The notes under the pieces: model-generated
Seen by the model: only the letters and a program-made list of their open reading frames with translations
Databases searched by the model: none
What the model was told of the DNA's origin: nothing
Translations under genes and position numbers: made by a program
Origin: Octopus sinensis
Lineage: Eukaryota
DNA length: 64,000 nt
NCBI RefSeq assembly: GCF_006345805.1
Contig: NC_043005.1
Span: forward strand, 58,218,001 to 58,282,000
Direction of reading: 5' to 3'
Shown: in pieces, positions 25,293 to 39,230 of the stretch
Layout: each line of letters opens with the position of its first letter
Position numbering within the stretch: the first letter of the stretch is position 1

Positions 25293-28144
25293 AATAGACA
25301 CTTGTGTCAGATGTAATATGCTGGGATTGAAACAAAGACCTTGTGCTTGCAAAGCAAATGTCTTAACCATTCAGCCTTGTTCTGCCTACATACATAGTTA
25401 TACTACTCATTTTTTGCCAGCTGAGTGGACTGGAGAAACTTGAAACAAAGTGTCTTGCTCAAGGATACAACATGCCACTGGGAATTGAACTCATAACCTT
25501 ATGATTGCCAGCTGAATACCCTAACCACTAAGCTACACAGAAATGTGTAGTACCAATAATTCAGATGGCCAGCCATGTCACATCGTGTATCATGCTGAAT
25601 TTCCTTGAGAACTGTTAAGGGTATGAGTCTCTATGAAGTACTCAGCCACTTGCACGTTAATTTCACAAGCAAGAGCTGTTCTGCTGATCGCATTAACTGG
25701 AAACCTTGTCATTGTAACCAATGGAGTGTCACTTTTTACATTTTTTTTTTTACATATTTAGGAAGATGATATGAAAATGTAGGCAAGAAAATGTATGAGA
25801 ATATTAAGATATTTCCAATACAATTTTATACATCAACATTATAAGTAACGCTGAATTCAAATTTGTTAAAAATCAAAGAGAAAAAGAAATTGGTATGTGA
25901 CACATAATTTAAAGGCAAGCTGGCTAGAAATTTCGGCACAGTAAATCAAAAGATTCTATTTTGATTTCCACCACCTATGGCTATTTCCCATTACTTACAT
26001 CACTAACGTTTCATGAAAATGAGAAGCATGATTATGTCTTTTGCATGGTCTTTGAAATGTGAGAAGTCTTTACTTGAAAAAATATTGGAATTTAATCAAT
26101 GGAATTCTATAAAGGTTTTTGGGTGATATTTTCCTATAGAATTGTAATTATCTCTTTAGTTCTGTGATGGTTTGAGGTTCTTGTTAAATCTTTATAACTT
26201 TGACTGCTTAAATGGTGATGATACCCAACTAAGTTGAAAGCAAAATAATCCTGTTGTCAGAGCTGTGAACTCTCCATACACACTCATCTCTCTCTCTTTC
26301 CTCCTCATTCTGCTCTCTCTCTCTCTCTCTTGTAATTTCATTATCTAAATTTAATTAACTCATTTATCGAGTGATATACCATAGAGTTATTGCTATGTGT
26401 GTTTCAAACTTTGGAAAATAAGAACTTCCTTATCTGTAAAAGCTAAGCTAGTAATTTTCTGAATAACAGAGTTCTCTCTCTTTCTGGTTTCAATACTTTT
26501 ACTGTGGATGTGGAATAAATCTTCTGGTGTCTCACATAGATAGGATGTTGGGTTATTAAAGATATCTTTCCTTATTTGAAAAATCAAGCATAGCTTTACG
26601 AATCAACAAAATAGTTGTCAATTCTACATTGTTGTGGTTGGCATTGCTGATTACAGTGGAGTATTAAACTACACCAAGGCTTCTGCTCTGTTTTAACATC
26701 TAATAGTGAATCTGTGCAATACTATTATAACACAATATGTTGTGTGTGGTTTTGTTTTCTGTGGCAAAAGTACATGCACACTTCACAGACATATAAAGCA
26801 ACTAACCTTATGTGTGCTCAGCCTAGAGGGAATAGGGCCTCTATTTGTCAATATTGACCATGCTTAGAGAGAACAAGGCTTCTACTGGGTAAGGTTGATT
26901 GTGCATCTGTACATACATGCACTGAAGTGGGGAAAAATTTGTGTTTTGGAAGACTGATACATATTCAAGTCTTCCCTGTCTGTGCCACTCATGGAGGCAC
27001 ATAGATTAGTAGTTCAGGTGTTGGACTCCTGATCATAAGTTTGTGGTTTCAATTCCTGGACCAGGTGATGCATTGTGTTTTTAAGCAAAGCACTTCATTT
27101 CACATTACTCCAGTCCACTCAGCTGGCAAACATGAGTAATCCTGTGATGGACTGGTGTCCTATCCAGGTGGGGAATATATACACCATGGAAACCAGGAAA
27201 CTGGCCCTTATGAAAGTTGGTACAACTCAAGAAAGTAATCATTACCTTTTACTTTTTCTTTATGCCACTGATGCTATCCAATGGAAAGGCTTTCAACTTT
27301 TGGTCAGTATAGCTAAGCATTAAAGTTGTTTCAGGCATTGCTCTCAGAAATGCAAAAAGCCAGAACTAACACTACAAAGTGTCTAACCTGACCCTCTAAC
27401 TAACAGTTCCACAAAGCCTGGATTGGTACATTTTTTATTGATCATGAAAGGATGAAAGATAAATTTGACTTTTGTGAGATTTGAACTTAGAGCGCAGCTA
27501 GTCAGAACAAATACTGCAACAATATCTATTTACCAATTTGCCACCTTCTAGAGAGAATAGTAAGTGTGGTGCTTACATATATGTATGGTACCTACATACA
27601 CTTATGGTACCTACATATGTCTATGATATCTACATTTATCTGTGGTGTGTACATATATCTATGATATCTACATATCATCATCATCGTTTAACGTCCACTT
27701 TCCATGCTAGCATGGGTTGGACGGTTCAACTGGGGTCTGGCAAGCTCGAAGGCTGCACCAGGCCAGTCAGATCTGGCAGTATTTCTACAGCTGGATGCCC
27801 TTCCTAACGCCAACCACTCCGAGAGTGTAGTGGGTGATTTTATGTGCCACCGACACAGGTGCCAGACGAGGCTGTATATTCTTTTATTCATTTACATGTT
27901 TCAGTCATTTGACTGTGATCATGCTGGAGCACTGCCTTAAAGGGTTTTAGTCGAAGAAATTGACCCCAGAAATTATTCTTTGTAAGCCTAGTTCTTATTC
28001 AATCAGTCTCTTTTGCTGAACTGTTAAGTTATGGGTATGTAAACACACCACCATCAATTATCAAGCAATGGTGGGGAGACAAATATAGACATGAAGACAC
28101 ACACATATAGATACACACAAACACACATATTTATATATATAAAC

Positions 28145-29200
28145 AAAGAGCCTCTCCATCAGGGTGAAAGGTAGATTGTACGATGCATGTGTGCGAACTG
28201 CCATGCTACACAGCAGTGAAACATGGGCTGTGACTGCTGAAGACATGTGTAGGCTAGAAAGAAATGAAGCTAGTATGCTTCGTTGGGTGTGTAATGTCAG
28301 TATGCATACATGACAGAGTATAAGTGCCCCGAGAGAAAAGTTGGACATAAGAGGCATCAGATCTGGTGTGCAAGAGACGACTGCGCTGGTATGGTCATGT
28401 GTTACAAATGGATGTGGACAGCTGTGTAAAAAAGTGTCACACTCTTACAATGGAGGGTATCTGTGGAAGAGGTTGGCCCAGGAAGACCTGGGATGAGGTG
28501 GTGAAGCACAACCTTCGGACATTGGGCCTCACATAGGTAATAACAAGTGACCAAGACCTTTGAAGATATGCTGTGACTGAGAAGACCTGGCAAGCCAAGT
28601 GAAACCATAACCGTGGCCTATACCAGTGTAGCATAACTGGCCCATTTAAGAGTACCCTCCTTAATCATTAGGCAATAAACTGTGCTTGAGAAAACCTGTT
28701 GAGTCAAGTGAAATCATTGTCATGGCCAATGCCAGTACTGCCTGAAAGTTACCCATGCTGGTCATGTACTACATATGGATGAGGAGAGCTGTGTCAAAAA
28801 GTGTTACTCCCTAACAGTGGAAGGAACCTGTGGAAGAGAGAGACCCAAGAAAACATGGAATGAGGTGGCGAAGCATGACCTTTGAATATTGGGACTCACA
28901 GAGGCAATGATGGAAGACTGAGACCTCTGGAGATATGCTGTGGTTGAGAAGACCTGGTAAGGAAAGTGAGATCACAGCTGCAGCCTACACCAGTGTCGCA
29001 TAACCAGCCCATTTAAAAAGTACCTTTGAATCCATGCCTGAGGAGACCTATTGAGTCAAGTAAATCAAAATCAAATGGAAATTGTAGTTGTGGCTGTTAC
29101 CAGTGCTGGTGGCATGTAAAAAGCACCCACTACACTGTCAGAGTGATTGACATTAGGAAGGGCATTCAGCTGTAGAAACATTGCCAAGAAGTGATGGTTG
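28145..29200 (+). mobile_element. Two tandem degenerate RTE C-terminal/3' UTR fragments
   Basis: GRLYDACVRTAMLHSSETWA.. (28145-28600). A second GTCGR.RP.KTW copy follows at ~28770-28960, then 3' UTR motifs. Confidence 0.85.
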
Positions 29201-29394
29201 TAAATGAGCACCACTGTCATACAAGTGGTGTAGTTTATTTCTAGTCTTCCATGGAAAACATGTCTGGCCATGGGGGTAAACAACCCAGTTTGGAAGCAGG
29301 TGAAAGTTGGGGGCAGGAAAGGTGTCCAGCTGTAGAAAATCTGCTTCAACAAATTCCACCTGACCATGCAAGCATGGGAAAGCGGACATTAACT

Positions 29395-29405
29395 GATGAT
29401 GGACA

Positions 29406-29440
<35 letters not shown>

Positions 29441-29535
29441 AATGGTGATGATGATGATAATGGTGATGATGATGATGATGATAATGGTGATGATGATGAT
29501 GATGATGATGATTGATGATGATGATGATGATGATG
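29395..29535. repeat. (GAT)n microsatellite extending an RTE-type tail
   Basis: Direct inspection. Confidence 0.9.
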
Positions 29536-29840
29536 TTGATGTTTCAAACTTAGGTGTGAGAAAAGATGTTTTGAACTAAAACAGGACAAAGTTGAGAAAA
29601 AGAAAATTAAAAAAAAAAATTCATGTTAATTTAGACGCAGAATTTGTTTCTGTTCATTAAATTTGAATTTCAATCCTAAATTCATGTGCAGTTAGATTAA
29701 ATACAATTTCATAAATGAAATTTATAAATTATCGGTATCTTTCATCTGTTTCTCATTTTGTCACATGTTTGCGTTTTCAAAAAAAGATATTTCTTCCTAT
29801 TTTCTAAAAATGTGCTTTACCACTATCATCATTAACAATG

Positions 29841-29896
<56 letters not shown>

Positions 29897-30469
29897 GATA
29901 TATAAATATATGTGTGTGTATATATATATATGTACACATACACATGCATGCACATACACACACACATGCGTGCTCACAGACACACACACACACTCATGCG
30001 TGTGCATATATGTACACATCTTTGTGTGTCTGAGCGAGTATTTAAATTTTTTTTTTTTCCTTCTTCATATCCGTTTCAGTTCTCTCTATCTTTAACCAAT
30101 CAAAATTTCTGTATTTTTCTTCTCTTTTTTTAATATTCGCATTAAATGTTGTTTTCTAAATTAACATTTAATTATTGACCTGTAAAACTTTCAGGCTATT
30201 CTCAAGACAGAAAACCACAGAGCTTAGCATTAGAAAAAAAAACAAACAAAAAAAGAAAAAACAAAAAAACCCTAATAATAATAATGATTATCAAATAAAA
30301 AAAATAAAAAAAATATTCCAAGAAGATTTTTTAGTGAAATTCCTTCGCAACATTCCACAGTAATAGTTGACTGAAATGCTACACGGCTCATTAGATTCTG
30401 AAAAAGCCAATAGACCAGAGAGTATTTGTATAATATGACCTTTGAGCAATGTATTAGTGAAGCAAATGA

Positions 30470-30526
<57 letters not shown>

Positions 30527-31117
30527 AGTTTGTGTGTCTCTTTTTCTTTCTCTTTCTGAGCATATCTTTTGTATCATGCCATCTGCTATTCTATTGTATG
30601 GAAATAATTGATGTGCTTCTCATAATTTTTCTTCTTAAAAACAAAAGCTGATACAAAGTATGTTCTTATTGAGTTTTATATTAAATATTTTTTTTTATCT
30701 TGTCTTTTATTATCATATACCGTATTCTTGCAAAAAAAATAATAAATAAATAAATAAAAAGAATTTAAAAAAAAAGAGATAATGGCAAGCAAGTAAGCAA
30801 ACACCAAACACATGATGAGTGTTCCAATTGTTTGATTAACAGAACCATCTAATCATTGAATTACAGTGTGAGAGGTTGAATATTATTCTGCAGTTATTCA
30901 TATTCTCAATGCCATCCTTGTGTAGAATGTCATCCTTTGGACAGACTTATAAAATTATCTTGTTTGCAACATTCATAGGTATTTTGACTAAAGATAGAGT
31001 CCAGCTTGTATTATTGTGTAAGTGATTAAGGTGGTGATCAGGCAGAATTGTTAGCACACCAGGTGAAATGCTTAGTGGTACTTCACCTGTTGAAAGTACC
31101 ACTAATGTACCATGAAA

Positions 31118-31318
31118 GGCGGCGAACTGGCAGAAACATTGGCACGCCAGGCAAAATGCTTAACAGTATTTTGTCTGCCACTGCGTTCTGAGTTCAAATT
31201 CCGCCGAGGTCGACTTTGCCTTTCATCCTTTCGGGGTCGATTAAATAAGTACCAGTTACGCCTGTCTGTCCTTGTTTGTCCTCTCTGTGTTTAGCCTCTT
31301 GTGGGTAGTAAAGAAATA
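31118..31318 (+). mobile_element. SINE family B (tail A) inserted into a tail-B copy (31029-31490)
   Basis: TSD GGTACTTCACC / GGTACTCCACC at 31077-31087 and 31319-31329. Confidence 0.85.
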
Positions 31319-31498
31319 GGTACTCCACCCATTGCTGCATTCTGAGTTCAAATTCCACCATGATTGACTTTGCCTTCCATCCTTTCGGGGTCGATAAATT
31401 GAGTACCAGTGGAAGACTAGGGTTGATGTAATCAACTCACACCCTTGCTCCAATTTCAGGCCTTGTGCCATTAGTAGAAAGGATTGTTGTTGTTGTTG

Positions 31499-31543
<45 letters not shown>

Positions 31544-32249
31544 TATTATTATTATAATTATTATTATTATTATTATTACTATTATTATTTCTATTATTAT
31601 TAAGGTGATGTGCTGGTTGAATTGTTTGAATGCCAGACAAAATGTTTAATGACATTTCGTCCTTTACATTTTGAGGTCAACTTTGCAGTTCATCCTTTTG
31701 AGGGCAATAAAATAAGTACCAGTTGAACACAGGGTTTGATGAAATTGACTGGTCCACTCCCTAATAAAATTTCAGGCCTTGTGCCTATTACAGAATGATT
31801 ATTATTATTATGATTGTTATTATTATTTTTATTGAGTGAGAGAGCAGTGCATGCCATCAAAGTGACACTGGGGTAAAATATACGAAACCCAGTATACCCA
31901 TCATGACTGCCCGTCTGATAAGGTTACACCAGGCACATGCGTCACAACCATATGTACACAACAAAGTGATCTCATATCAAGATAAACAGCACATGACCTT
32001 GCAAGTGGGGCCCAGTTAGAATTTTCTTCTGGTCAAGTAACCCATCCCACTCAAAAAGTCCCTGAATAAGGGTTTTTAAGGATGTTGAATGAAATTCCAG
32101 TGGTGAATTATTCAAATCCCAAAGAATCCCTCTCAATACATGGCTAAGTAAGTAAGTATCATGCAGTTGAATTGAAACCTGAACCTCAGGATTGCAAAGA
32201 GAATTTAACTAATTGACTATTGGTACACAAATAAATGTATATTCATAAG

Positions 32250-32280
<31 letters not shown>

Positions 32281-33393
32281 AGTAATTATATCTTGAGTGG
32301 GTTTGAGATATACTTGCTCCTTAATTCAGGTAGGAGATGAAGTTTTGTCAAGAGAGTGTTATAGGTGATTTAATTGTTGTCAGCTGTCCACAGTTGATTA
32401 CTGGTACTTATTTGGAATACAAGAGATTCCAGTTAAATTTCACTTTGGTGAGATGTTTGTTCGGAAGCTACAAGAATGAAACTAAAAACAAGTTACATCA
32501 TACAACATTTGTGCATTGAATTAATACAAAAACAAAAGTTCTCACCTCTCTGTGTGTCTGTGTCTCACTTTCTCTAAACATGTTTTACGTCATGACATGT
32601 GATAATCTATTGTTTTTAAATGATTTATGTGTTTTCTTAACAAAAAAAAAATTGAATAAAGCATTCATATAAAGAATGTTTATAGATTTATGAGTTCTGT
32701 CTACAATAAGCACGTTATAATGTAAAATTTTGTCTTTAATTATTACACCTCTTACTCTGGCAAGAGAAAATAGCAAGCAAACACCAAGCACAATTACCCA
32801 TACAAATAGTTCTTGTGTTGATTTTAACATTGAAAATTTCAGTTGTTTTATTAATGGATTCACCTAGTCACTAGGTTATAGTGTAAGTGGCTGAATACTC
32901 CACAGTCAAACTCAGCCTTAATGTAATTCTCTGGTAGAACCACTGTAGGACAAGACTAGCCCTTTTAAGTACAAATGAAGTCCATCCAACAGTCTCATCA
33001 GATTTCTTATTTCTATATTACCTACAAGGGGCTAAACATAGAGGGGACAAACAAGGATAGACAAAGGGATTAAGTCGAGACCCCAGTGCATAAGTGGTAC
33101 TTAATTTATCGACCCCGAAAGGATGAAAGGCAAAGTCGACCTTGGTGGAATTTGAACTCAGAATGTAATAGCAGACAAAATACCATCAAGCATTTTGCTG
33201 GCCATGCTAACATTTCTGCCAGCTCGCTGCCTGTTTTCTCACCAGATTTCTGTATCGCCAGATTTCTGTCTGCCTAACTTCATCCACAGCTACTTTTGCT
33301 GTGAGATCAAACAGAAAACCTCAAAATTACAAAGCAAACATCTAACCTCTTAATCTTCATTTTACATCTGTTTCCAATGCAGTATGAGACATA

Positions 33394-33729
33394 GGCGCAT
33401 GGCTCAGTGGTTAGAGCATCGAGCTTACGATCGTGAGGTTGTGAGCTCGAATCCCGGACTGGGCTGCATGTTGTGTTCTTGAGCAAGGCACTTTATTTCA
33501 CGTTGCTCCAGTTCACTCAGCTGTAGAAATGAGCTGCGATGTCACTGGTGCCAAGCTGTATCAACCTTTGTCTTTCCCTTGGATAACACTGGTGGCGTGG
33601 AGAGGGGAGGCTGGTATGCATGGGCGACTGCTGGTCTTCCATAAATAACCTTGCCCGGACTTGTGTCTAGGAGGGTAACTTTCTAGGTGCAATCCCATGG
33701 TCTGTGTCGTGACCGAAGGGGGTCTCCGA
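33394..33729 (+). mobile_element. Full-length tRNA-derived SINE family C (Meta/MESC-like central domain)
   Basis: Box A TGGCTCAGTGG and box B GCTCGAATCC, then TGTTGTGTTCTTGAGCAAGGCACTT..GCTCCAGTTCACTCAGCTG. TSD ATGAGACATA at 33384-33393 and 33730-33739. Confidence 0.9.
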
Positions 33730-35619
33730 ATGAGACATATGGGCTATTGTGGTCAGTTTTTATTCAGGCATTTCCTCTTGACTGAATCAGTTTTTATTCA
33801 AACATTTCATTTTTTACATTGTTTTCTGTAGCTGGATACCTTTCCTCACTCCAGCCAGCTTACAGAGGAGACTGGGTGAATTTTAATGTGTCAGTACAAC
33901 TTAAAGGTAAAGTAAAGTTACCTTCTTGAGTCATGCTGACTCATAAGGGCTGGTTTCCATAGCATAATGATTCCCCACCTGGATGGGACACCAGCCCATC
34001 ACAGGATTACTCATTTTTGCCAGCTGGGTGGACCGGAGCAATGTAAAATGAAGTGTTTTGCTCAAGAATACAACGCGTCACCTGGTCCAGGAATTGAAAC
34101 CACAATCTTATGACTATGAGTCCAACACCCTAACCACTAAGCCACGTGCTTCCACACAGCTTAAAGGGACCTTCCCTTGATGAAATACTACACACTAAAA
34201 GAATTTAACAACACATATACATTGAATATGTGGCATTGATGATGTTTAAATTATTGAGGTACTTATAACACAAAATCTGAGTTTTGTTTTACTTGTGTGG
34301 AGCTTTTTCACAGCAGTAGTTAGATTTTACACTTTCTGTATGTACTTCAAGGCCAACAAACCAAATTAATTTCACAGAGGAATTGAGTATTCGACACTGA
34401 TGAGCTAAAATAACAGAGAAATATCAATATCTATCATTCATGTTCACCTTTGAGATGATTTTCTTTTCGCCTGGATTTGGAGTATACTGGATTTCTAAGA
34501 TACTACATCAGTGGTTCTTGACTAATTTTTTAATTATGAACCCCCATTTTATTTTGGTGTCCCTTTCCCACCAGCTGTTCCATGTATAAAAACTAGTTTT
34601 ATAGACACTTCTTCCAAAATTCTTATTTTGTTTTTTTCTCTCATGCACTTGTATCATCACTATCATTATCGTTTTTAACGCTTGCTTTTCATGTGGGCAT
34701 CGGTTGGACAGGTTGACATGGAGCTGGCCAGACTCCAACTGTCTCTTGTGGCATGGGGGTCTATGACTGGATGCCCTTCCTAATGCCAACCACTTAAAAG
34801 AGTGTGCTGGGTGCATCCTATGTGCTGCCAGCATGGGTGCGTTTATGCAGCACTGGCACAGGTATGCTAATGCAGTACTTGTATGGGTGGTTTTTAAGTG
34901 GCACTGGTTCCTGAAAGGACAAGCTTGTATGTGTAGAAGACAAAGAGTTTACTTAGCTTGATGTGTCTTATCAAGTACAGCAAATTGCCACATCTCCCAG
35001 TGCCTTGTATAAGTTGAACTATGTAAAATGTTAGAGAAGGAAACCTAGCAGCTCCTTTGCAATACATCCATTTAAATCAAAACTTTCCATGGGCCCTTAA
35101 AATACTACTGTGGATCCCTAATTTGCTATTTTGCTAGCATGGTCCCTACAAAATCTTATATGGATCCTGGCTAAGAACTTCTGCTCTGCATCTTTAAAGG
35201 GACCTTCGCTGGATGAAATAGCAGAGTCTAAAAGCATTTAGCAACACATGTACATGAAGAGTGTAACGTTGATAATGTTAACATAAAATTTAAAATTTAT
35301 CATGTCTTTAGCAAGACTAAAGTATCCTCCCGACTCTGCATCGGCTCTCATTATTTGCTGACCACTTTAAAGAGTCTACTAGGTGTTTACTATCAGGTCC
35401 ACCTCAGCAGCACTAATTAGAATGCCTTGTATCCCCACAAGACATCCACAAGAGTTCTTGCTAATCTAGGTTGTCTCTGCACATTCAAAGCAGCATAATC
35501 AAGAGGATGACTAGGAAAGAACTAGGGTGGCAGTGGGTGGGTGAAAGAAGCTTGAGTATGATGGGTGAGACAGAGTGATTGAGTGAGAATAAAGTAGAGG
35601 TGGGAGCAATGGAAGAGAG

Positions 35620-35800
35620 GCCTGATGATGATGATGAGGAGGAGGAGGACGACGACCATGACAATGATGACGATGATAACGAAGAAGGAGGAGAGGGAGG
35701 AGGAGGAAGATGAGGAGAAGAAGAAGGAGGAGGTGAAGGAGGAGAAGAAGGAGAAGAAGAAGAAGAAGAAGAAGAAGAAGAAGAAGAAGAAGAAGAAAAG
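35620..35800. repeat. (GAT)/(GGA)/(GAA)n trinucleotide tract
   Basis: Direct inspection. Confidence 0.95.
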
Positions 35801-35869
35801 CCATAAATACCATACCAGTTCCAGTTGTTACTTATATCCTCAATGTGTTGAACTGGAATAGTGAAATAA

Positions 35870-36970
35870 AGAAAATTAACAGAAGAATTTGTAAGCTGCT
35901 GACTTGTAATAAAATGCACTGCCCAAAGGTAGATGTGGATCCTCTTTACCTTCCCAGAGATCAAGGAGGTTGAGGCTTGTTCCAGTTTGAACTTTCTTAC
36001 AAAACCACCCTAATTGGACTGACCAAATATTGTGAAACACCTTACAATGGAATGCTAAAATTAATTGAAAATCTTGAGAGGTGTAAGAAGTCTTGTTCTA
36101 TCTTGAAAGAGATCAAAAAATTTGTTATTGATTTCATGAATGATACCCAGGTTGAACTGTCTGAAGGAAGTGTGGTAACTGTTGTTGCAAAGAAAGTAAA
36201 ATTAATGGCAAAGAAAAAGTGCATGAATTTTGTCTGGTAAGTGAGAGTAGAAACCTCTGCATAGCAAATATGTGCAGCAAACAGGCTGATGTTGATCAGA
36301 AGTACATCCACCAGTGGTTACAGAGCTCAGGGCTAAAGATAGAGTGTGAAGGCTTCACCATTGCTGTGTAAGATCAAAGCTTATTGATTTGAAACTACCA
36401 AACCAATGTGATGAAAAAAGGAGTAGATCTAAAGTGCTGATTCTGCAATGATGAGATTAAAATAGTGGACTATTTAATCTCTGGATGCAAAGTTTTAACA
36501 CCTATACAGTATAAATCAACGCATGACAGAGCTGGCCAATATCTACACTGGTTAATATTGATGGCATTATAAAATCAAATCTGATGTCAAGTTTTATAAG
36601 CATCCACTAAGGCTATATCTGAGGAAGAAAATGTAATGATTCTTTGGGACAAACAGACAGAACCATCAATAAACCAGATATTGTTATAAAAGATAAAAAT
36701 TATAAAGTCTGTTTATCGATTGATACGATTGTCCATAATATTGCAGCAAAAGAATTTGATAAGCTCAGAAAATATAAAGATTTGCTCATCAAAAGTGAAA
36801 AAGAATATGGCATCCCATGGCAGTTACAATACCAGGAGCACTAGGAATGATCAAAAAGAAACTGAAAATTATTTGGGAATGATTCCTGGCTTACCATCCC
36901 TGCAAGAAGTGCAAAAAATTCTTTTAACTGGTACGTCACACATATCGAGAAAAACATCGTTTTTGTGAGA
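35870..36970 (+). mobile_element. Decayed R4/Dong-clade non-LTR element (RT C-terminus, CCHC knuckle, RLE)
   Basis: HCPKVDVDPLYLPRDQGG*GL, QWLQSSGLK.E.EG, KC.FC..VDYLISGC, RHD, W..TD.TI..KPDIV.KDK, KE.DKL.KYKDL. Confidence 0.85.
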
Positions 36971-37637
36971 ACAATATTGTTTCTCCATGTAGATCATTTT
37001 CTCCATGTTTAACATGTAGATAATTTTTTTCTTTTTTACATATCTTTATTTGATTTTGTAAATGAACAATCTGGTGTTTTTATTTTAGTAGCTTATCAAT
37101 ATATATACAATGAATTTCTTTGCCTTAGGTGTTGAGAAGATGCTTGGCAAGAAATGGAAACAAAATTGTAGAAAGAAGAAAAACACATGATAATAAAGCA
37201 ATATAAGAAAAAGAAAATGCTTTTCTCTATGCACATGGAGGTGACAAAATATAAAACAGAAACAAACTGCTACACTGACCTCAGATGACAGCATAACAGA
37301 AATGGTCAAAGAAACAAAAACAACATGGCAACAAACCTACAAAACATACTGAAGAAGAAATGGAGAGAAAAATCACTCCATGGCCAATACCCTGCAAAGC
37401 TTGAGAGAGAAGAAGTGAGCCCCAGTAAAAACCAGCAATGGCTCAAAAGCTCTGGACAAAAAGCTGAAATAGAAGGACTGATTCTTGTTGTACAAGATCA
37501 GTGTCTGATTTTGAACAACTATAAAAGCAAAATAATGAAAACAGACACTAACACAAAATACAGAATGTGCAACCAGCACAATGAGAAAGTTGATCACATT
37601 ACCTCTGGCTGTCCAGTCCTTGCCAAATCTGAATATA

Positions 37638-38897
37638 CAGGGTACATAAGATATTTGAGGACTGATTTATGTTTATATATATATAAAAAAAACCCAGATA
37701 TAACAGATAATAACTTTATTTATCACAAAATGCTATGAGGATAAAAATAAATCTTCATTTCTGTAATGTTATTCAATAAAGCCACCTTCAGTTTCAACAG
37801 CTGCTTTTATATGAGATCTAAATCATCTACATGCTTGAATCAAGTGGTCCTGGTTCATTTTGGACATTACTCTGACTATGGCAGCTTTCAAAGTAACTTT
37901 GGTGTTATGGGCATATTCAGTAACCTCTCTCTCAACAATGCTCCACATGTAAATAGTCCAATGGATTGAGATCTTGGGAATTAGGAGGCCAAATGTTAGG
38001 AGTTATGTGATCATGAAAATTTTCAGCCATCCATTCCTGTGTTACTAGAGCCATATGTGATAGTATGGAGTCTTACTGAAACACATGGCCTTCCATTGCA
38101 TACACTGTCTATCCAGGGCTAACAATTGTTTCCAGGACCTCAATGTAGGTGGCAGAGTTAGCTCTAAGGCCTTATGGAAAGAAGTAAGGAGGCATCACAT
38201 GTCGTTCATTGCTGACAACCCTAAAACCATGGAAATTTTGCAGGAAATTTTGTATGCATAACACTTGGAACTTCAGAAGGGTCTGCACATAACCATTTGT
38301 CATTTCTTCTGTTAACATTTTCCTCTTGGTTGAAGTTTTTCTTGTTTGAGAAAAACTAAATCAAATCTTCTTCTGCTGGATTTTTAAGAACCTTTTAGAT
38401 CTGATGTAGTGATTTTCTTTTGCTTTTTCTGACAAATTGACTTTTCCTCATAATATAAGACTTATATCTGAGGTCTTCGTGGACAACATTTCTGACTGTT
38501 CCTTCAAGACATATGGGAATCTTTTGCAATGACCTCATAGACTTTTTGGGATTGTAATCAATGGTCTGTTGAACTTGCTGGATAAATTCAAGTGGTCTGA
38601 TTATTGCAGAGTGTTTAGAATGCTTTTTATGCTTTGATGCTGGTGATATGTTTCCATCTTCAGTCTCTAACTCCTTACAAACTTTGTAGACAAAAGATCT
38701 GGCAACTTTAAAAATTAGAGAGATTTCTAAATTGCTATGCTCAGCCTTTATAACTACAATAACAGCATGCCTCTTCATTTCTTGAATAAGCTGAGGGTCT
38801 TCCATTATTATTTTCTGAAACAAAGATTATGCAGAGTGAACAAAAAATGCAGCAATGACCCAAAAAAGGTATATCCTCAAATACCTTATGCACCCTG
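37638..38897 (-). mobile_element. Full-length but decayed Tc1/mariner transposon, DD37D (maT) family
   Basis: TIRs CAGGGTRCATAAGRTATTTGAGG at both ends with TA flanks; 1260 bp. In FQ*DS..WPPNSQDLNPLDY the last two catalytic Asp are 37 residues apart. N-terminal HTH ORF at 38395-38823. Confidence 0.92.
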
Positions 38898-39000
38898 TAT
38901 ATACAGACATGATCAAGTAAGTAATGTCCACTGGACAATATGCCAACACTACAACCCTAAAACTGACAATAAATGGTATAGACGTGTACCAAATATGAGG

Positions 39001-39230
39001 GCGGTGAGCTGGCAGAATTGTTAGCACACCGGGCGAAATGCTTAGCAGTATTTCATCTGCCGTTACGTTCTGAGTTCATTTTCCGCCGAGGTTGACTTTA
39101 CCTTTCATCCTTTCGGGGTCGATAAATTAAGTACCAGTTATGCACTGGGGTTGATGTAATCGACTTAATCCTTTTGTCTGTCCTTGTTTGTCCCCTCTGT
39201 GTTTAGCCCCTTGTGGGTAGTAAAGAAATA
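39001..39230 (+). mobile_element. Full-length SINE family B (tail A)
   Basis: 19-bp TSD GGTATAGACRTGTRCCAAA at 38975-38993 and 39231-39249. Confidence 0.92.

Noticed and set aside
33394-33465. tRNA gene-like sequence
   Set aside because: tRNA-derived SINE head: no complete acceptor stem, and it continues into a SINE body with a TSD.
34390-34445. CTGATGA..GAAA hammerhead-like string
   Set aside because: Helix I cannot form and helix II closing is mismatched.
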